Source: an uncultured Planctomycetota bacterium
GTDB taxonomy: Bacteria > Planctomycetota > Brocadiia > CAIUPP01
DNA: 64,000 bases
Reading direction: 5' to 3'
NCBI GenBank assembly: GCA_903901045.1
Contig: CAIUPP010000108.1
Span: 3,720 to 67,719, forward strand
Below are positions 43,452 to 53,592 of this stretch, in pieces. The position numbers were made by a program, and so were the translations under genes. The notes beneath the pieces were generated by a model. It saw only the letters and a program-made list of their open reading frames with translations, did not search any database and was not told where the DNA came from. Numbering within the stretch: position 1 is the stretch's first letter; every line of letters starts with the position of its first letter.

Positions 43452-44864
43452 TTACACTGTGGGCAACCGAACGCAGAAACTGGTCCCCTCCTCCGGCGCG
43501 GAGGACGCGGTAATGTCCCCGCCGTGGCGGAGGGCGATCTCGCGAGCGATGCTCAGGCCCAGGCCGGTCCCTCCAGTGGAGCGGCTGCGCGCGGGATCTG
43601 CGCGATAGAAGCGTTCGAAGAGATGCGGCAAGGCGTCGGCCGGGATAGCCCCCCCCTCGTCATGGACGCAGATGACGACCACGCCGTCTTTCTCCGCCCG
43701 GATGGATATCTCAATCACGCCTCCCTTCGGGCCGTGCCGGACCGCATTGTCAAGGAGATTGGAGAACAGGCGCATCAACTGTGCGCTGTCCGCGCGCACG
43801 GTGACCGCGCTGAGACTTAATCTAATCATTCCACCGGCCTCAACCACCCGCGTCCGGCAACCCTCGGCGACACTCTCGATCAGTGGCGCAAGTTCGACGG
43901 GTTCGAGCTCCCGCTCGGGCATCGTCTCATCCAGCCGTGCCAATACTAGCAGTTCCTCGATCATCCGCCCCATTCGGTCTAAGTCTTCGTGAATCTCTGC
44001 CAGCGCAGCGCGGTACTCACGCGGCGTCCGCTCCTTAACCAGCGTAGCATCGATGGTGCTTTGTGCGACGGACAACGGCGTGCGCAATTCGTGGGAAGCG
44101 TCCGAAACAAATCGCTTCTGCTCCTGCAAGGCTTTGGCCAAGCGCGCCAGCAGGTCGGAGACCGCCCGCACAAAAGGCTTGATCTCGACCGGCACACCGT
44201 CGGGTTCGATCCGGACTTCGCCGACGTTCCGCTCCGTGATGACACTGAGCATCTGGGCCGTCCGGCCGATCGGGCGCAGGCCGAGCCACACCAGCAGCGT
44301 CGCGGCGGCAATTGTCATCAGCAGCATGGAGCCGGCGCCCCACAAGAGCGTATTGCGGTACTCGGCCAGATCCTCGTAGATGTAATGGCTCGATTCGGCG
44401 ATGGCCACGTTGGTGGCGCCCACGCCACTGCGGGAACGCGCCCAGATCGCCCGGTACTCATCTCCCGCCTTGCCGCAGTCAAAGCGAACATTCTTCCCCG
44501 GCGCGGGCGTTGCCACGCGCGCCAGAACCGAGGCGTCAAGAATCCGGGCCGACGCCTCCCCTTCTATCTGGCTCGAAGGCACGTCGGCGGCATTGCCATC
44601 AATCCACACACGGAAAACGGACACGCGCCGGTGTGCGGAGATTCCGACGATCGCTCGGACTTCCTCCTTCGTCTCCTCATCCGTCAGGTGCTCATCGAGA
44701 ACGGCAAAGGTGCCAGTGGTCATGGATTGAAGCCTGTGGTCCGTGGCGCGGATGAGCAGTTCCTTCATGTCAAGGTAGGCCGTTACCCCGTTGAGGGCGG
44801 CGGCGGCCAGAATCGCCGAAGCGACCATCAGGGAGATGCGCCACTTAAGCGGCCACTGGCTCAT
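43452..44864 (-). CDS. sensor histidine kinase
   Basis: ATGA overlap with the response-regulator stop. H-box SDASHELRTPLS, N-box LLDNAVRH, G-boxes DEGGAIP and GGTGLGLSIA. Confidence 0.85.
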   Translation of the reverse strand: MSQWPLKWRISLMVASAILAAAALNGVTAYLDMKELLIRATDHRLQSMTTGTFAVLDEHLTDEETKEEVRAIVGISAHRRVSVFRVWIDGNAADVPSSQIEGEASARILDASVLARVATPAPGKNVRFDCGKAGDEYRAIWARSRSGVGATNVAIAESSHYIYEDLAEYRNTLLWGAGSMLLMTIAAATLLVWLGLRPIGRTAQMLSVITERNVGEVRIEPDGVPVEIKPFVRAVSDLLARLAKALQEQKRFVSDASHELRTPLSVAQSTIDATLVKERTPREYRAALAEIHEDLDRMGRMIEELLVLARLDETMPERELEPVELAPLIESVAEGCRTRVVEAGGMIRLSLSAVTVRADSAQLMRLFSNLLDNAVRHGPKGGVIEISIRAEKDGVVVICVHDEGGAIPADALPHLFERFYRADPARSRSTGGTGLGLSIAREIALRHGGDITASSAPEEGTSFCVRLPTV

Positions 44865-45541
44865 GCCGCCCGCTCCCCAAGCATATATCCGTGCCCTTTC
44901 AGAGTGTGGATCAGTTTGTACGGAGGGGCGGGGTCGAACCGGCGGCGCAACGCGGAGATGTACACTTCGATCACGTTGGAGAAACGCTCCGCATGGAAAT
45001 CGTACAGATGGTCCAAGATCTCCGTCTTGGAAATCACTTCGCCCGACCGCATTGCCAGGTATTCCAGCAAACGGTACTCCATGGCAGGCAGCAGGAACGA
45101 TTGCCCCCCGAACTCCACCTGCCGGGAGAGCGTGTTGATCGCCAGCGGGCCGACGCGGATGAGCGATGAAGCCTGGCCATGGCAACGCCGAATCAGCGCT
45201 TTGCAGCGGGCCACGAGTTCGCCCATGTCGAACGGCTTCGTCACGTAGTCGTCGCAGCCCAGGTTCAGACCGCGAATCACTTCGCTGCCGGCGTCTCGGG
45301 CCGTCAGGACCAGCACAGGGGTTTGGATTTTACGGGTGCGTAGACGCGCCAGGAGCGTCAGCCCATCCACCTTGGGAAGCATCAGGTCCAGAATGATCAG
45401 GTCATAGGAGTTGGTCAGGGCCATGTGCAGGCCGTCTTCTCCGTCATGCGAAAGGTCCACCGCGCTGGAGGCCACCTCTTTCAAGACCGAGGCGACATTC
45501 CGGGCCAGCTTCTCCTCATCCTCGACGATAAGCACACGCAT
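44861..45541 (-). CDS. OmpR-family response regulator
   Basis: MRVLIVEDEE...DLIILDLMLP receiver domain and a winged-helix C-terminus. Confidence 0.9.
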   Translation of the reverse strand: MRVLIVEDEEKLARNVASVLKEVASSAVDLSHDGEDGLHMALTNSYDLIILDLMLPKVDGLTLLARLRTRKIQTPVLVLTARDAGSEVIRGLNLGCDDYVTKPFDMGELVARCKALIRRCHGQASSLIRVGPLAINTLSRQVEFGGQSFLLPAMEYRLLEYLAMRSGEVISKTEILDHLYDFHAERFSNVIEVYISALRRRFDPAPPYKLIHTLKGHGYMLGERAA

Positions 45542-45735
45542 AGCAAGCGCCCTCAGGTCAACTCAATCCACCTGCGAGGCATCTTAGATCGCTCCGCAGG
45601 GCCATAGGCCATTATATACTCTCGAAGCCTCTCAGGGTGGTCCTGACTTCCGACGCCAGGCACGACCAGGTTCGGCTTGTTCTCAAAGCGGTCCATGATG
45701 CCGGGTGCGCGCGCGCAGGCCAGGCGTCCCGACAG

Positions 45736-46827
45736 CTACTGGCGGAGGCCGATCCGCGCATGAGTGATGGGCTGGCCGGGGACCACCGGCGCGCCGCCCA
45801 GCGCGGCGGACTCATACAGCGCCGTGAGAATTTCGATGCTCTTCTTCCCCTCGGCCCCTTCCACCAGGCCCGGGCGGTTGTTCCGGATGGCGTCAATAAC
45901 CGTAGCGATGTACGGCTCATGCCCGTTCCCATAGACGGACGCCACCTGCTGCGAGTGCGTCTTTCGCATGTCGGCGTCCTCGGGCCGCTTCTTCTCAAAC
46001 TCCCAGTGTGCGATCTCGTTGACGGCAATGCCGCCGACGACGACCGATCCCCCCTCGCCCAGCAGGCTCATCGTCCCGCACATATCCTTCGGCCGGGTCG
46101 CCACGGTCGCCTCGAAAATACCGAGCGCGCCGGACTTGAACTTGAGAATTGCGGCGGCGGTGTCCTCGGCCTCGATGTTCATCAGGCGCGTGGCGGCCTG
46201 ACACTGCACGGTTTCCACCGGGCCCATGAACCACTGCATCAGGTCGAGGTGGTGCGTGGCCTGCTGCGAGAGCACGCCGCCGTCAAGCGCCCAGGTGCCG
46301 CGCCAGGCAGCCTGGTCATAATACGCCTGGTCGCGGCGCCAGCGCACGCAGACCGTGGCCATGACCATCTTTCCGAAGCGGCTATCCTCCAGCGCCTTTC
46401 GCGCGGCTACCACGGCAGGGTTGAACCGGTTCTGCTTGACCACGAAGAGGCGGCAGCCGTTCTTGCGGCAAGCCTCGATCATTGCGTCACAGTGCTCCAC
46501 GCGCAGCGCCATCGGCTTCTCCACGAGGATGTTCTTGCCGTACCGGGCCAGATCCACGACATGGTCCACGTGGTAGCCCGACGGGGTCAGGACGCTGATC
46601 ACGTCCACTTCGGGATGCGCGTCGAGCATCTCATGGTAGTCCCGGTAGTGCGGGACGCCGTACTTTTCCCCCTTGGCTTTCGCCTTCGATTCGTCAATAT
46701 CGGCGACGGCGATCAGCTTTGCCGGCAGTTTGCCGCTAGTCAGCGCCGTGAGGTGTTTCTCGGAAATCCGCCCGCAACCGATGAGCGCGAAATTGAGAAC
46801 GGAACTGCTATCCTTTGACGGTGCCAT
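45736..46827 (-). CDS. Gfo/Idh/MocA-family sugar-nucleotide oxidoreductase
   Basis: FALIGCGRISEKH Rossmann motif. Confidence 0.85.
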   Translation of the reverse strand: MAPSKDSSSVLNFALIGCGRISEKHLTALTSGKLPAKLIAVADIDESKAKAKGEKYGVPHYRDYHEMLDAHPEVDVISVLTPSGYHVDHVVDLARYGKNILVEKPMALRVEHCDAMIEACRKNGCRLFVVKQNRFNPAVVAARKALEDSRFGKMVMATVCVRWRRDQAYYDQAAWRGTWALDGGVLSQQATHHLDLMQWFMGPVETVQCQAATRLMNIEAEDTAAAILKFKSGALGIFEATVATRPKDMCGTMSLLGEGGSVVVGGIAVNEIAHWEFEKKRPEDADMRKTHSQQVASVYGNGHEPYIATVIDAIRNNRPGLVEGAEGKKSIEILTALYESAALGGAPVVPGQPITHARIGLRQ

Positions 46828-47560
46828 TCTGTTTCTCCATAGGCTGACTTGCAGGAAGGTCCATCTCTTTGACGGCCGACGACTTGCGATACCGCTTCAC
46901 GGCAAAGCCCGCCGCCAGCATGAGCACGACGGCGATCAAGCCGAAGCCGATGCCTCGGCCCAGCGAATTCTGGCCGATGCCCGCACCGGCGAGCACGGCG
47001 GGGATGGCCTCCGGCAGGAAACCGATGGCCGAGGCCAGCAGAAAATCGCGATGCCTGACGGTGGTGAGCGCCAGCGTCGCGTTCACCAACAACCCGCTGA
47101 TGGGCAAGAGCCGCGAAATCAGGACCGTCGACCACGCCCCTTTTCCCAGCGCCTGCGCGTAGCGGTTCAGCCAGGGCCACCGCAGCAGCACCATCTCTCG
47201 CCCGGCCCAGCGAACGAAGCAGAACATCGCGTAAGAACCGACTACGGTGGCGATCTCCGACCAGATCAATCCGCGCACGAAGCCGAAGGCCAGACCGGCG
47301 ATGGAGCAGAGCACCAGGCGCGGGAACCCCACCGCGATGAGGAGGGCGCTCAGACCGATGAAGACCAGCGGCCCGGCCCAGCCGTACTGCGCCAGCTTCG
47401 GCTGCGGGGTGCGCCATTCCTTGACTAAGTCGCACAGGGGAGTCAGGTGGACCAGGAAGACGGCGGCGGCCAGGAGCGCCGCCAGCAGGCATATTCTCCC
47501 CCACGGGAGCCGGCGAGCGGCCGGCAGAGCGATGGCCTCGTCGTGGGGCAGTTCATTCAT
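46808..47560 (-). CDS. DedA/TVP38-TMEM64-family membrane protein
   Basis: ATGA overlap with the GT2 stop. Hydrophobic, with LISRLLPISG-type motif. Confidence 0.7.
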   Translation of the reverse strand: MNELPHDEAIALPAARRLPWGRICLLAALLAAAVFLVHLTPLCDLVKEWRTPQPKLAQYGWAGPLVFIGLSALLIAVGFPRLVLCSIAGLAFGFVRGLIWSEIATVVGSYAMFCFVRWAGREMVLLRWPWLNRYAQALGKGAWSTVLISRLLPISGLLVNATLALTTVRHRDFLLASAIGFLPEAIPAVLAGAGIGQNSLGRGIGFGLIAVVLMLAAGFAVKRYRKSSAVKEMDLPASQPMEKQNGTVKG

Positions 47561-48282
47561 GATGGACGGCACCGATTGGCTGGGACGCATCGCGCGCGGT
47601 ACCAGCGCATGGCCAGGCAGTCCACGATCCCCCGCCACATGCGGTTCCCGACACCGTATTTCGACTTTCCGCGCGTCCTCGGGCGGTGATTCACCATGAT
47701 CTCCACGACCTGAAAGCCCTGGAGGCGCAGCAATGTCGGAAGGAAGCGGTGCAGCCCGTTGAAGACCGGCACCTCCCCCAGCGCGTCGCGGCGCAGTGCG
47801 CGGAAGGTGCATCCGGCGTCCGCGATACGGTCCCCCGTGAGGGTGTTGCGAAAGCGGTTGGCGATTCGCGAGGAGATGCGGCGCACCCGGCTGTCCTCAC
47901 GCTTGCGCCGCACGCCACACACCGCGGCGACCTCCCCCTGCAACCCGTCCAGAAGCATCGGGATGTCGGCGGGATCGTTCTGCTGGTCCGCGTCCATGGT
48001 GATGATGGCGTCCCCCCTGGCATGGCGGAACCCGGAGGCCTGCGCGGCGCTCTCGCCGCAATTGACATTATGCCGCACGATGCGCAGGTGCGGGCGGCTG
48101 GCCCGGAGGCGCTCCAGGAGAAGCAGACTGTCATCTGTGCTCTTGTCGTCCACGCAGATCACCTCGAAGTCGCGGCCGACGCCGCGCAACACCGCTTCGA
48201 GCTCATCCAGCATCGGCGTCAGGTTGTCGCGTTCGTTGTAGACGGGAATGACCACAGAGAGAGCGGGGCGCGGCTCCGTCAT
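47557..48282 (-). CDS. GT2 polyprenyl-phosphate glycosyltransferase (ArnC/DPM1-like)
   Basis: LSVVIPVYNE, VDDKSTDDS, MDADQQND. Confidence 0.85.
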   Translation of the reverse strand: MTEPRPALSVVIPVYNERDNLTPMLDELEAVLRGVGRDFEVICVDDKSTDDSLLLLERLRASRPHLRIVRHNVNCGESAAQASGFRHARGDAIITMDADQQNDPADIPMLLDGLQGEVAAVCGVRRKREDSRVRRISSRIANRFRNTLTGDRIADAGCTFRALRRDALGEVPVFNGLHRFLPTLLRLQGFQVVEIMVNHRPRTRGKSKYGVGNRMWRGIVDCLAMRWYRARCVPANRCRPS

Positions 48283-49400
48283 GATGCCTTCCCCCCGCGG
48301 TAGAACTTACGGATGACTCCACCCACCGCGCGCACTTCATCGCGAGTCATCGCGGGGTGCATCGGCAGGGAGAGCATGTGCTCGCAGGCGCGCTCCGCGA
48401 GAGGGAAGCATCCCTTCCCCTGGCCCAACCGTGCAAAAGCGGGCAATGTGTTCAGCGAGCAGGGGTAGTGGACTCCGCTTTCAATGCCATTTCGCATCAG
48501 TTCCGTCCGCAGCGCCTCGCGGTCCGGGACCAGGCAGACATAGACATGGTAGACCGGCTCCGTGCCGGGCAGGTCGGCCGGGCGGAGGACCTCGGAGACG
48601 CCCGCAAGTTCCTCGCCATACCATTCGGCGACGGACCTTCGCGCTGCGTTCCATCGGTCCACCTGCGGAAGGATGACGCGCAGCAGCGCCGCCTGGATGG
48701 CGTCAAGCCGGCTGTTGATTCCCTCGAACTCATGGAGATACTTGGACTCGCGTCCGTGGTTGCAGAACATGCGAAGCCAGCGCATCCGCTCCGGGTCGCG
48801 CATCGCCACCGCGCCGCCGTCGCCGAACCCACCGAGGTTCTTGGAGGGGAAGAAACTGAACACGGCGGCGTCGCCGAACAGGCCGACGTATCGCCCGCCG
48901 TAGCGCGCCCCTTGCGCCTGCGCGCAGTCCTCGATAACGCGCAGCCCGTGCGCCTTCGCCAGGGCGCAGATGCGATCCAACTCGACCGGCTGGCCGTAGA
49001 GATGCACCGGGATCAACGCCTTCGTGCGGGGGGTGATCTTGCGCTCCACCTCATCCGCGTCCAGGAAGAAGTAACCCGGTTTCAGGTCGCAGAAGACGAC
49101 CTGCGCGCCCGTGAGGCCGATCGCCTCCGCTGTGGCAATGGCGGTGTGGACAGTCGTGATCACCTCGTCACCGGGGCCGATGCCGAAGCTCTTGAGCGCG
49201 GCAAACAGCCCGAACGTTGCGCAGGAAACGCCGCAGACCTCCGGCGCCCCCATCCAGGAGGCCATTTCCTTCTCGAAATTCTTGACCTGTTCCCCGCCAA
49301 TGTAATGCCCGCCGTCAATCACCTCCAACGCGGCGCGGTGCAACTGGCCGCGAAGGGGGTCGTGCATTCGTTTGATGTCCAAAAACGCGATCTTCGTCAT
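48279..49400 (-). CDS. DegT/DnrJ/EryC1-family sugar aminotransferase (ArnB-like)
   Basis: FSFFPSKNLG PLP-lysine motif. The family pattern runs along the whole length. Confidence 0.9.
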   Translation of the reverse strand: MTKIAFLDIKRMHDPLRGQLHRAALEVIDGGHYIGGEQVKNFEKEMASWMGAPEVCGVSCATFGLFAALKSFGIGPGDEVITTVHTAIATAEAIGLTGAQVVFCDLKPGYFFLDADEVERKITPRTKALIPVHLYGQPVELDRICALAKAHGLRVIEDCAQAQGARYGGRYVGLFGDAAVFSFFPSKNLGGFGDGGAVAMRDPERMRWLRMFCNHGRESKYLHEFEGINSRLDAIQAALLRVILPQVDRWNAARRSVAEWYGEELAGVSEVLRPADLPGTEPVYHVYVCLVPDREALRTELMRNGIESGVHYPCSLNTLPAFARLGQGKGCFPLAERACEHMLSLPMHPAMTRDEVRAVGGVIRKFYRGGKAS

Positions 49401-49455
49401 GAGGTACTCCTATTTGTCTTGGCCTTCATCTTGATGCCGAAGCTGAGACTTCCCT

Positions 49456-49536
49456 CCTAAGAGGGCTCCTATGGTTGTATTCATTCCGCCACGCGTCCAC
49501 TTTCTTCTGAGTACCGGCCAGGGACATAAGCACGTG
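49456..49536 (-). pseudogene. about 27-codon remnant resembling the C-terminus of an rve/IS3-type transposase
   Basis: ...AGTQKKVDAWRNEYNHRSPL resembles the conserved (I/V)(E/D)xWRxxYNxxRPH tail. No intact ORF. Confidence 0.3.
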
Positions 49537-49550
49537 CTCCGAGGTATGGT

Positions 49551-51290
49551 TCACTTGGTCGCAATATAGTAGAGTATCTTTCTTCCCTCCATGACCGAGT
49601 CCAAGTCGCGGGTGCGCAGAAGCTTCCGTATGTCGGCGGCGGTCCATTCCCTGTACGAGCAACCGCACGGCTGGAACTGGTAGCCTTCGAGATTCCACTT
49701 ATCCCTATACTCCTGCGAAAGGAGGATCACCGGGTACTTCTGCACGTCGCCGAAGGTCACTTTATCCGTCGTGCCGTGAATCTGAATCCGTCCTTCCGAC
49801 AACACGTTGATTTGGCTTGCCGCGCGAGTTGGAAGCCCCACTCCGGCGACTTTTGAGCCGTCCAAACCCGCACTCGCAAGCTGTCGGGTTATGCCCGGAA
49901 GAGGAGAAACGTCGAAGGCCGGTTTCACGAGAACGGTGTACACGCTAACTGCAATAAGAAGCGAGGCGGCAAGGCCGCAAAAGCAGAAAGAATCCTTGCG
50001 GCGCAGAGAAGCAAGGAAGAACGCAAGGGCGGCGATGGACAGGATGAGGCCCCCCACGACAAGTGCCGTGCCGCACCACACTCCCACCAGGCCGATCACC
50101 AGCCCGAACAGCGCCATGAGCAGAAGCATCCCTTTGCACGTCTTGCGGACCCAGCGACTGCTCCTGCCTTTCTCGATGATCTCGGCCAGCAAAGCACCGA
50201 CGATGACGGCGAGCATCGGATAGACCGGCATCAGATACCGCCCACGAACCTGCTTGCTCATGGAGAAGATCAGGACCAGGAGCGCGCCCCAGCAGAGAAT
50301 GAACAGCAGCTTCGCCTTGTGTTCCCGCCAGAAATTTCTGAAAAGACTGAAGTCGGGGATCAACGCCATGGCAAGGAAGAGCAGCCACGGCGCAAAATGG
50401 CTGCAAGGGGATTGGAGGTAAAACAGGACATTGCTCAGCCGATGGGCCTTCCCCTTTCCGGGAAGTTCATCGCCGATCTGGTCGGCGAGGAACCCGTCCA
50501 GCTTATGCGGATGGCCGAATATCGCCGCGCTCTTGTACTGAATGGTGATGATCACAAACCACGAGAAGGCCACGACCGCTCCCAGCAGCAGCATCTTCCA
50601 TTCCACCAGGTTGCGGCAGCGAACCCCCGTCTTCTGCCTGAGAAGCAGACAGAAGCAGAAGACGTAGGCTACCAGGATCAGGCCGGGGAGTCCCTTCGTT
50701 TCCACCGCCAGTCCCGCGCCGACGTACGCCAGGGCATAGTTCAGCAGGGAGTGATCCTTGTTGAACAGGATGGCGGCAAAGCCGCAGAAGCTAGCCGTCA
50801 GGAACAGCGTCTGGAAGATATCCGGCATTGAAACGACGGAGTAATTGATGATCAGAAAGTTGGAGAGAAGGACCAGAGTGGCCAGAGTGGCGCTTTCCTT
50901 CCTTCGGAACAGGACGCGCGCGAGTCGGAATGTAATCCACGCGAGCAGACAGCCGGCGAGAAGGGAGGGCAGCCGCGACGTGAAGAAGTTGATGCCCATC
51001 AGCTTGTAGCTGGCGGCGATCATCCAGTACGTGACAATCGGCTTGTTGAAATGCGGGAGCCCATCGGAGAGGTAATGGGGGATAACGTAGTCGCCCGTCT
51101 GCACCATTCGGATCGCGACGTCGTCATAGTAGGACTCGTCAGCGTAATAGCCCAGGTCCCTCCCGAGAGTCGGCAGCAACACCGCGACAAACAGGAGCGC
51201 CACAAGGACCGCGCAAAGCAGCCCTCTCCTCGACGCGCTCTCAGGCGTCAGCGCGTCCGGGCCGAGCGACTCATCCCGATTTCCCAGCAT
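49551..51290 (-). CDS. GT39/ArnT-like polyprenyl-phosphate-sugar:acceptor glycosyltransferase
   Basis: ADESYYDDVAIRMVQTGDYVIPHY...FNKPIVTYW, many TM segments. An alternative start is at 51332. Confidence 0.8.
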   Translation of the reverse strand: MLGNRDESLGPDALTPESASRRGLLCAVLVALLFVAVLLPTLGRDLGYYADESYYDDVAIRMVQTGDYVIPHYLSDGLPHFNKPIVTYWMIAASYKLMGINFFTSRLPSLLAGCLLAWITFRLARVLFRRKESATLATLVLLSNFLIINYSVVSMPDIFQTLFLTASFCGFAAILFNKDHSLLNYALAYVGAGLAVETKGLPGLILVAYVFCFCLLLRQKTGVRCRNLVEWKMLLLGAVVAFSWFVIITIQYKSAAIFGHPHKLDGFLADQIGDELPGKGKAHRLSNVLFYLQSPCSHFAPWLLFLAMALIPDFSLFRNFWREHKAKLLFILCWGALLVLIFSMSKQVRGRYLMPVYPMLAVIVGALLAEIIEKGRSSRWVRKTCKGMLLLMALFGLVIGLVGVWCGTALVVGGLILSIAALAFFLASLRRKDSFCFCGLAASLLIAVSVYTVLVKPAFDVSPLPGITRQLASAGLDGSKVAGVGLPTRAASQINVLSEGRIQIHGTTDKVTFGDVQKYPVILLSQEYRDKWNLEGYQFQPCGCSYREWTAADIRKLLRTRDLDSVMEGRKILYYIATK

Positions 51291-51291
51291 G

Positions 51292-53199
51292 TCATGTTCC
51301 CTTACCTTGCGCAGACTGAACGGAGCCGTCACGCAGCGGCGCGCCTCCGTTCAATGTCGAAACCCACTCCAGCCATTCGCTCAGTACGATCAGCGTCCAC
51401 AGGGCGCGCCCATGATCGGCAACGCGGTCGTGGTTCTCCTGCAACAACTCGACGGCCGCTTTCCGGTTCACCCCCGCCTCCTCCAGAAGTTCGGAGTCGA
51501 GGCGAGAGCGGGCCCAGTCGTACAAGGGGTCGCGCAACCACGCGTTGAACGGCACGGACAGCCCCCGCTTCTTCCGGTGAACCACCCAATGCGGAAGATA
51601 GCGAAGCGAGTACCGCTTCAAGAATGCCTTCGTTGTCACGCCGCGGACCCGTTCGTTCACGGGGAGCGACGCCGCAAACTCCAGAACGTCTTTATCGAGA
51701 AAGGGCGTGCGCAGTTCCAGCGCGCAACTCATGCTGCCGTGGTCCTTCTCCATGAGCAGACCTTCCGCCAGCGATGTCTCAAGGTCCAGTTCCTGGATCG
51801 CGTCCAGCAACTCCGTGTATGAGCGATCCACCTCGCGCGGAGACGCGGGCGCGACGCCGAGTCGCTCCAGGAGCGGCGGCGAGATGTTCGCCGTCCAGAG
51901 CAGATGACGGGAGATGGCGTCGTATTCCCATCCCTGCACGAATCGTTTAAGGAGGAAAGAGAAGCTCACCTTCTTGTCGCTGGGGGGCCATTTCTCCACG
52001 GCCCACGTAAAGCCGCGCTTGAACCATCCCGGAAGCCGCGCGTAGTGTTCTCCCACGCGTGCACCGATGTACGTCGGGTAGCCGCCGAACAACTCATCGC
52101 TTCCTTCGCCCACAAGCGCCAGCTTGGCTTCCTGCGCCGCCCTTTGCGCCAGCAGAACGGTGGGCACCCAGGACTGGTCCGCCAGGGGTTCTCCGACCAT
52201 GCGGACGATTCGGGCGATTTCTGCTGGGACCATCTCCGCCTTCACCAGGACCGTCGCTAGAGGAATGCCCAGTTCCCGCGCGATTCGTTCCGCATACTCC
52301 CCTTCGTCATAGGACGGTTCGCAGAAGCGAAGGGTGTAACCCTTCAGGGCGTATCCCGGGCGGACGCTTTTCGTCACGGCGGCCACCAGCGACGAGTCCA
52401 GCCCCCCACTCAGGAACACGCCATATTCGACATCCACGTCCGTCTGCTTCCGCACAGCCCCGCGGAATATCTCGTCGAATGCGTCCAGGCTCGGGTGAGG
52501 AATCTTTTCGACGTTTCGAATGTTCCAATGCCAATAACGACGCCGCGATAGGCCATCGGCGCTGATCGCCACAATCTCGGCCGGGCCGACTTTCTGAATC
52601 CCGGCAAACGGGGAGGCTGGAGCAAAGAAACAGCCGCTCTCGATGTAACCCGCCACCGCCGGCACGGATATCTCCAGCGGAAACGAACGATCCAGGGCAA
52701 ACCCGGAGATTTCCGTGGAGAAACGCACCTCATCCTTCCCCGCCGCGAAGAAAAGGGGCCGTTCCCCGGCGCGGTCCCTCGCCAGCAGCAGCCGGTTGCC
52801 GCGCGGGTCCCACACGGCCAGGGCGAAGACCCCCACCAGCCGTTCGACGAAAGCGTCTCCCAACTCCAGATAGAGGCCGGGGATGACCGCCACGTCGGTC
52901 GCCATCTCCACGGGCCGGCCACGGGACGCCAGCCATTCCCGCAATTCCTTGTGATTGTCAATCTCCCCGTTACAGACGACCACAATGCCGCTCTCGCTCT
53001 CCACCAGCGGCTGAGCGCCGTCCTGGAGCCCCCGGATGGCCAGGCGCGTCGCCCCCAGGACGGCGGAGCCGGAAGTGACCATGCCGTGTTCATCCGGACC
53101 TCGGTGAGTGACCGCTGCCACCATCGCGGCGACCGTGTCCTTTATGTCGTCGCTCGGCTCATTGCCGGCCAGTGAGACAATACCGCAGATACCGCACAT
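51292..53199 (-). CDS. asnB: asparagine synthase (glutamine-hydrolysing) family protein
   Basis: N-terminal MCGI nucleophile and SGGLDSS PP-loop. Confidence 0.9.
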   Translation of the reverse strand: MCGICGIVSLAGNEPSDDIKDTVAAMVAAVTHRGPDEHGMVTSGSAVLGATRLAIRGLQDGAQPLVESESGIVVVCNGEIDNHKELREWLASRGRPVEMATDVAVIPGLYLELGDAFVERLVGVFALAVWDPRGNRLLLARDRAGERPLFFAAGKDEVRFSTEISGFALDRSFPLEISVPAVAGYIESGCFFAPASPFAGIQKVGPAEIVAISADGLSRRRYWHWNIRNVEKIPHPSLDAFDEIFRGAVRKQTDVDVEYGVFLSGGLDSSLVAAVTKSVRPGYALKGYTLRFCEPSYDEGEYAERIARELGIPLATVLVKAEMVPAEIARIVRMVGEPLADQSWVPTVLLAQRAAQEAKLALVGEGSDELFGGYPTYIGARVGEHYARLPGWFKRGFTWAVEKWPPSDKKVSFSFLLKRFVQGWEYDAISRHLLWTANISPPLLERLGVAPASPREVDRSYTELLDAIQELDLETSLAEGLLMEKDHGSMSCALELRTPFLDKDVLEFAASLPVNERVRGVTTKAFLKRYSLRYLPHWVVHRKKRGLSVPFNAWLRDPLYDWARSRLDSELLEEAGVNRKAAVELLQENHDRVADHGRALWTLIVLSEWLEWVSTLNGGAPLRDGSVQSAQGKGT

Positions 53200-53592
53200 T
53201 CGACCAGTCCCAAGACGCAGCCAAGGGCGAGCAGCTGCGTTGCCAAGTAAAGAAGCGAAAATTAAAGAAGTGTTCTACCCATCGTGCTTGATCTTCATCA
53301 AATGAAATTGTGTAAGCATAGGCGTTCATGGCTTAAGCCAGCCTTAAGCCATGATTCCCCAAGTTGTCCCTGTCCCTCTTGAAGACCTTGTCTGCCTCTG
53401 AATCGCGGGAAATTGAGAAGAATGTGGGTACCGGTGGAGTTGTGAAGCGGGCTCACGGTCGAGAGCAAAGTCACCCGTGTCGACGCATCGGCGTGGAAGT
53501 GCAGAGTGCGGGCACACTGTGGGATGAAAAGCGGCACTGGCATCCCTGCGAGACGGAAACATGCGGGACTATACCGGTTACCGCGATACGAT

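Noticed and set aside
43989-49460. Long plus-strand ORFs (43989-45248, 45637-46818, 46673-47428, 47686-48303, 48357-49460) opposite the two-component and Arn-like genes
   Set aside because: All are Arg/Gly/Ala/His-rich shadow frames with no motifs. The minus-strand genes are strongly supported.
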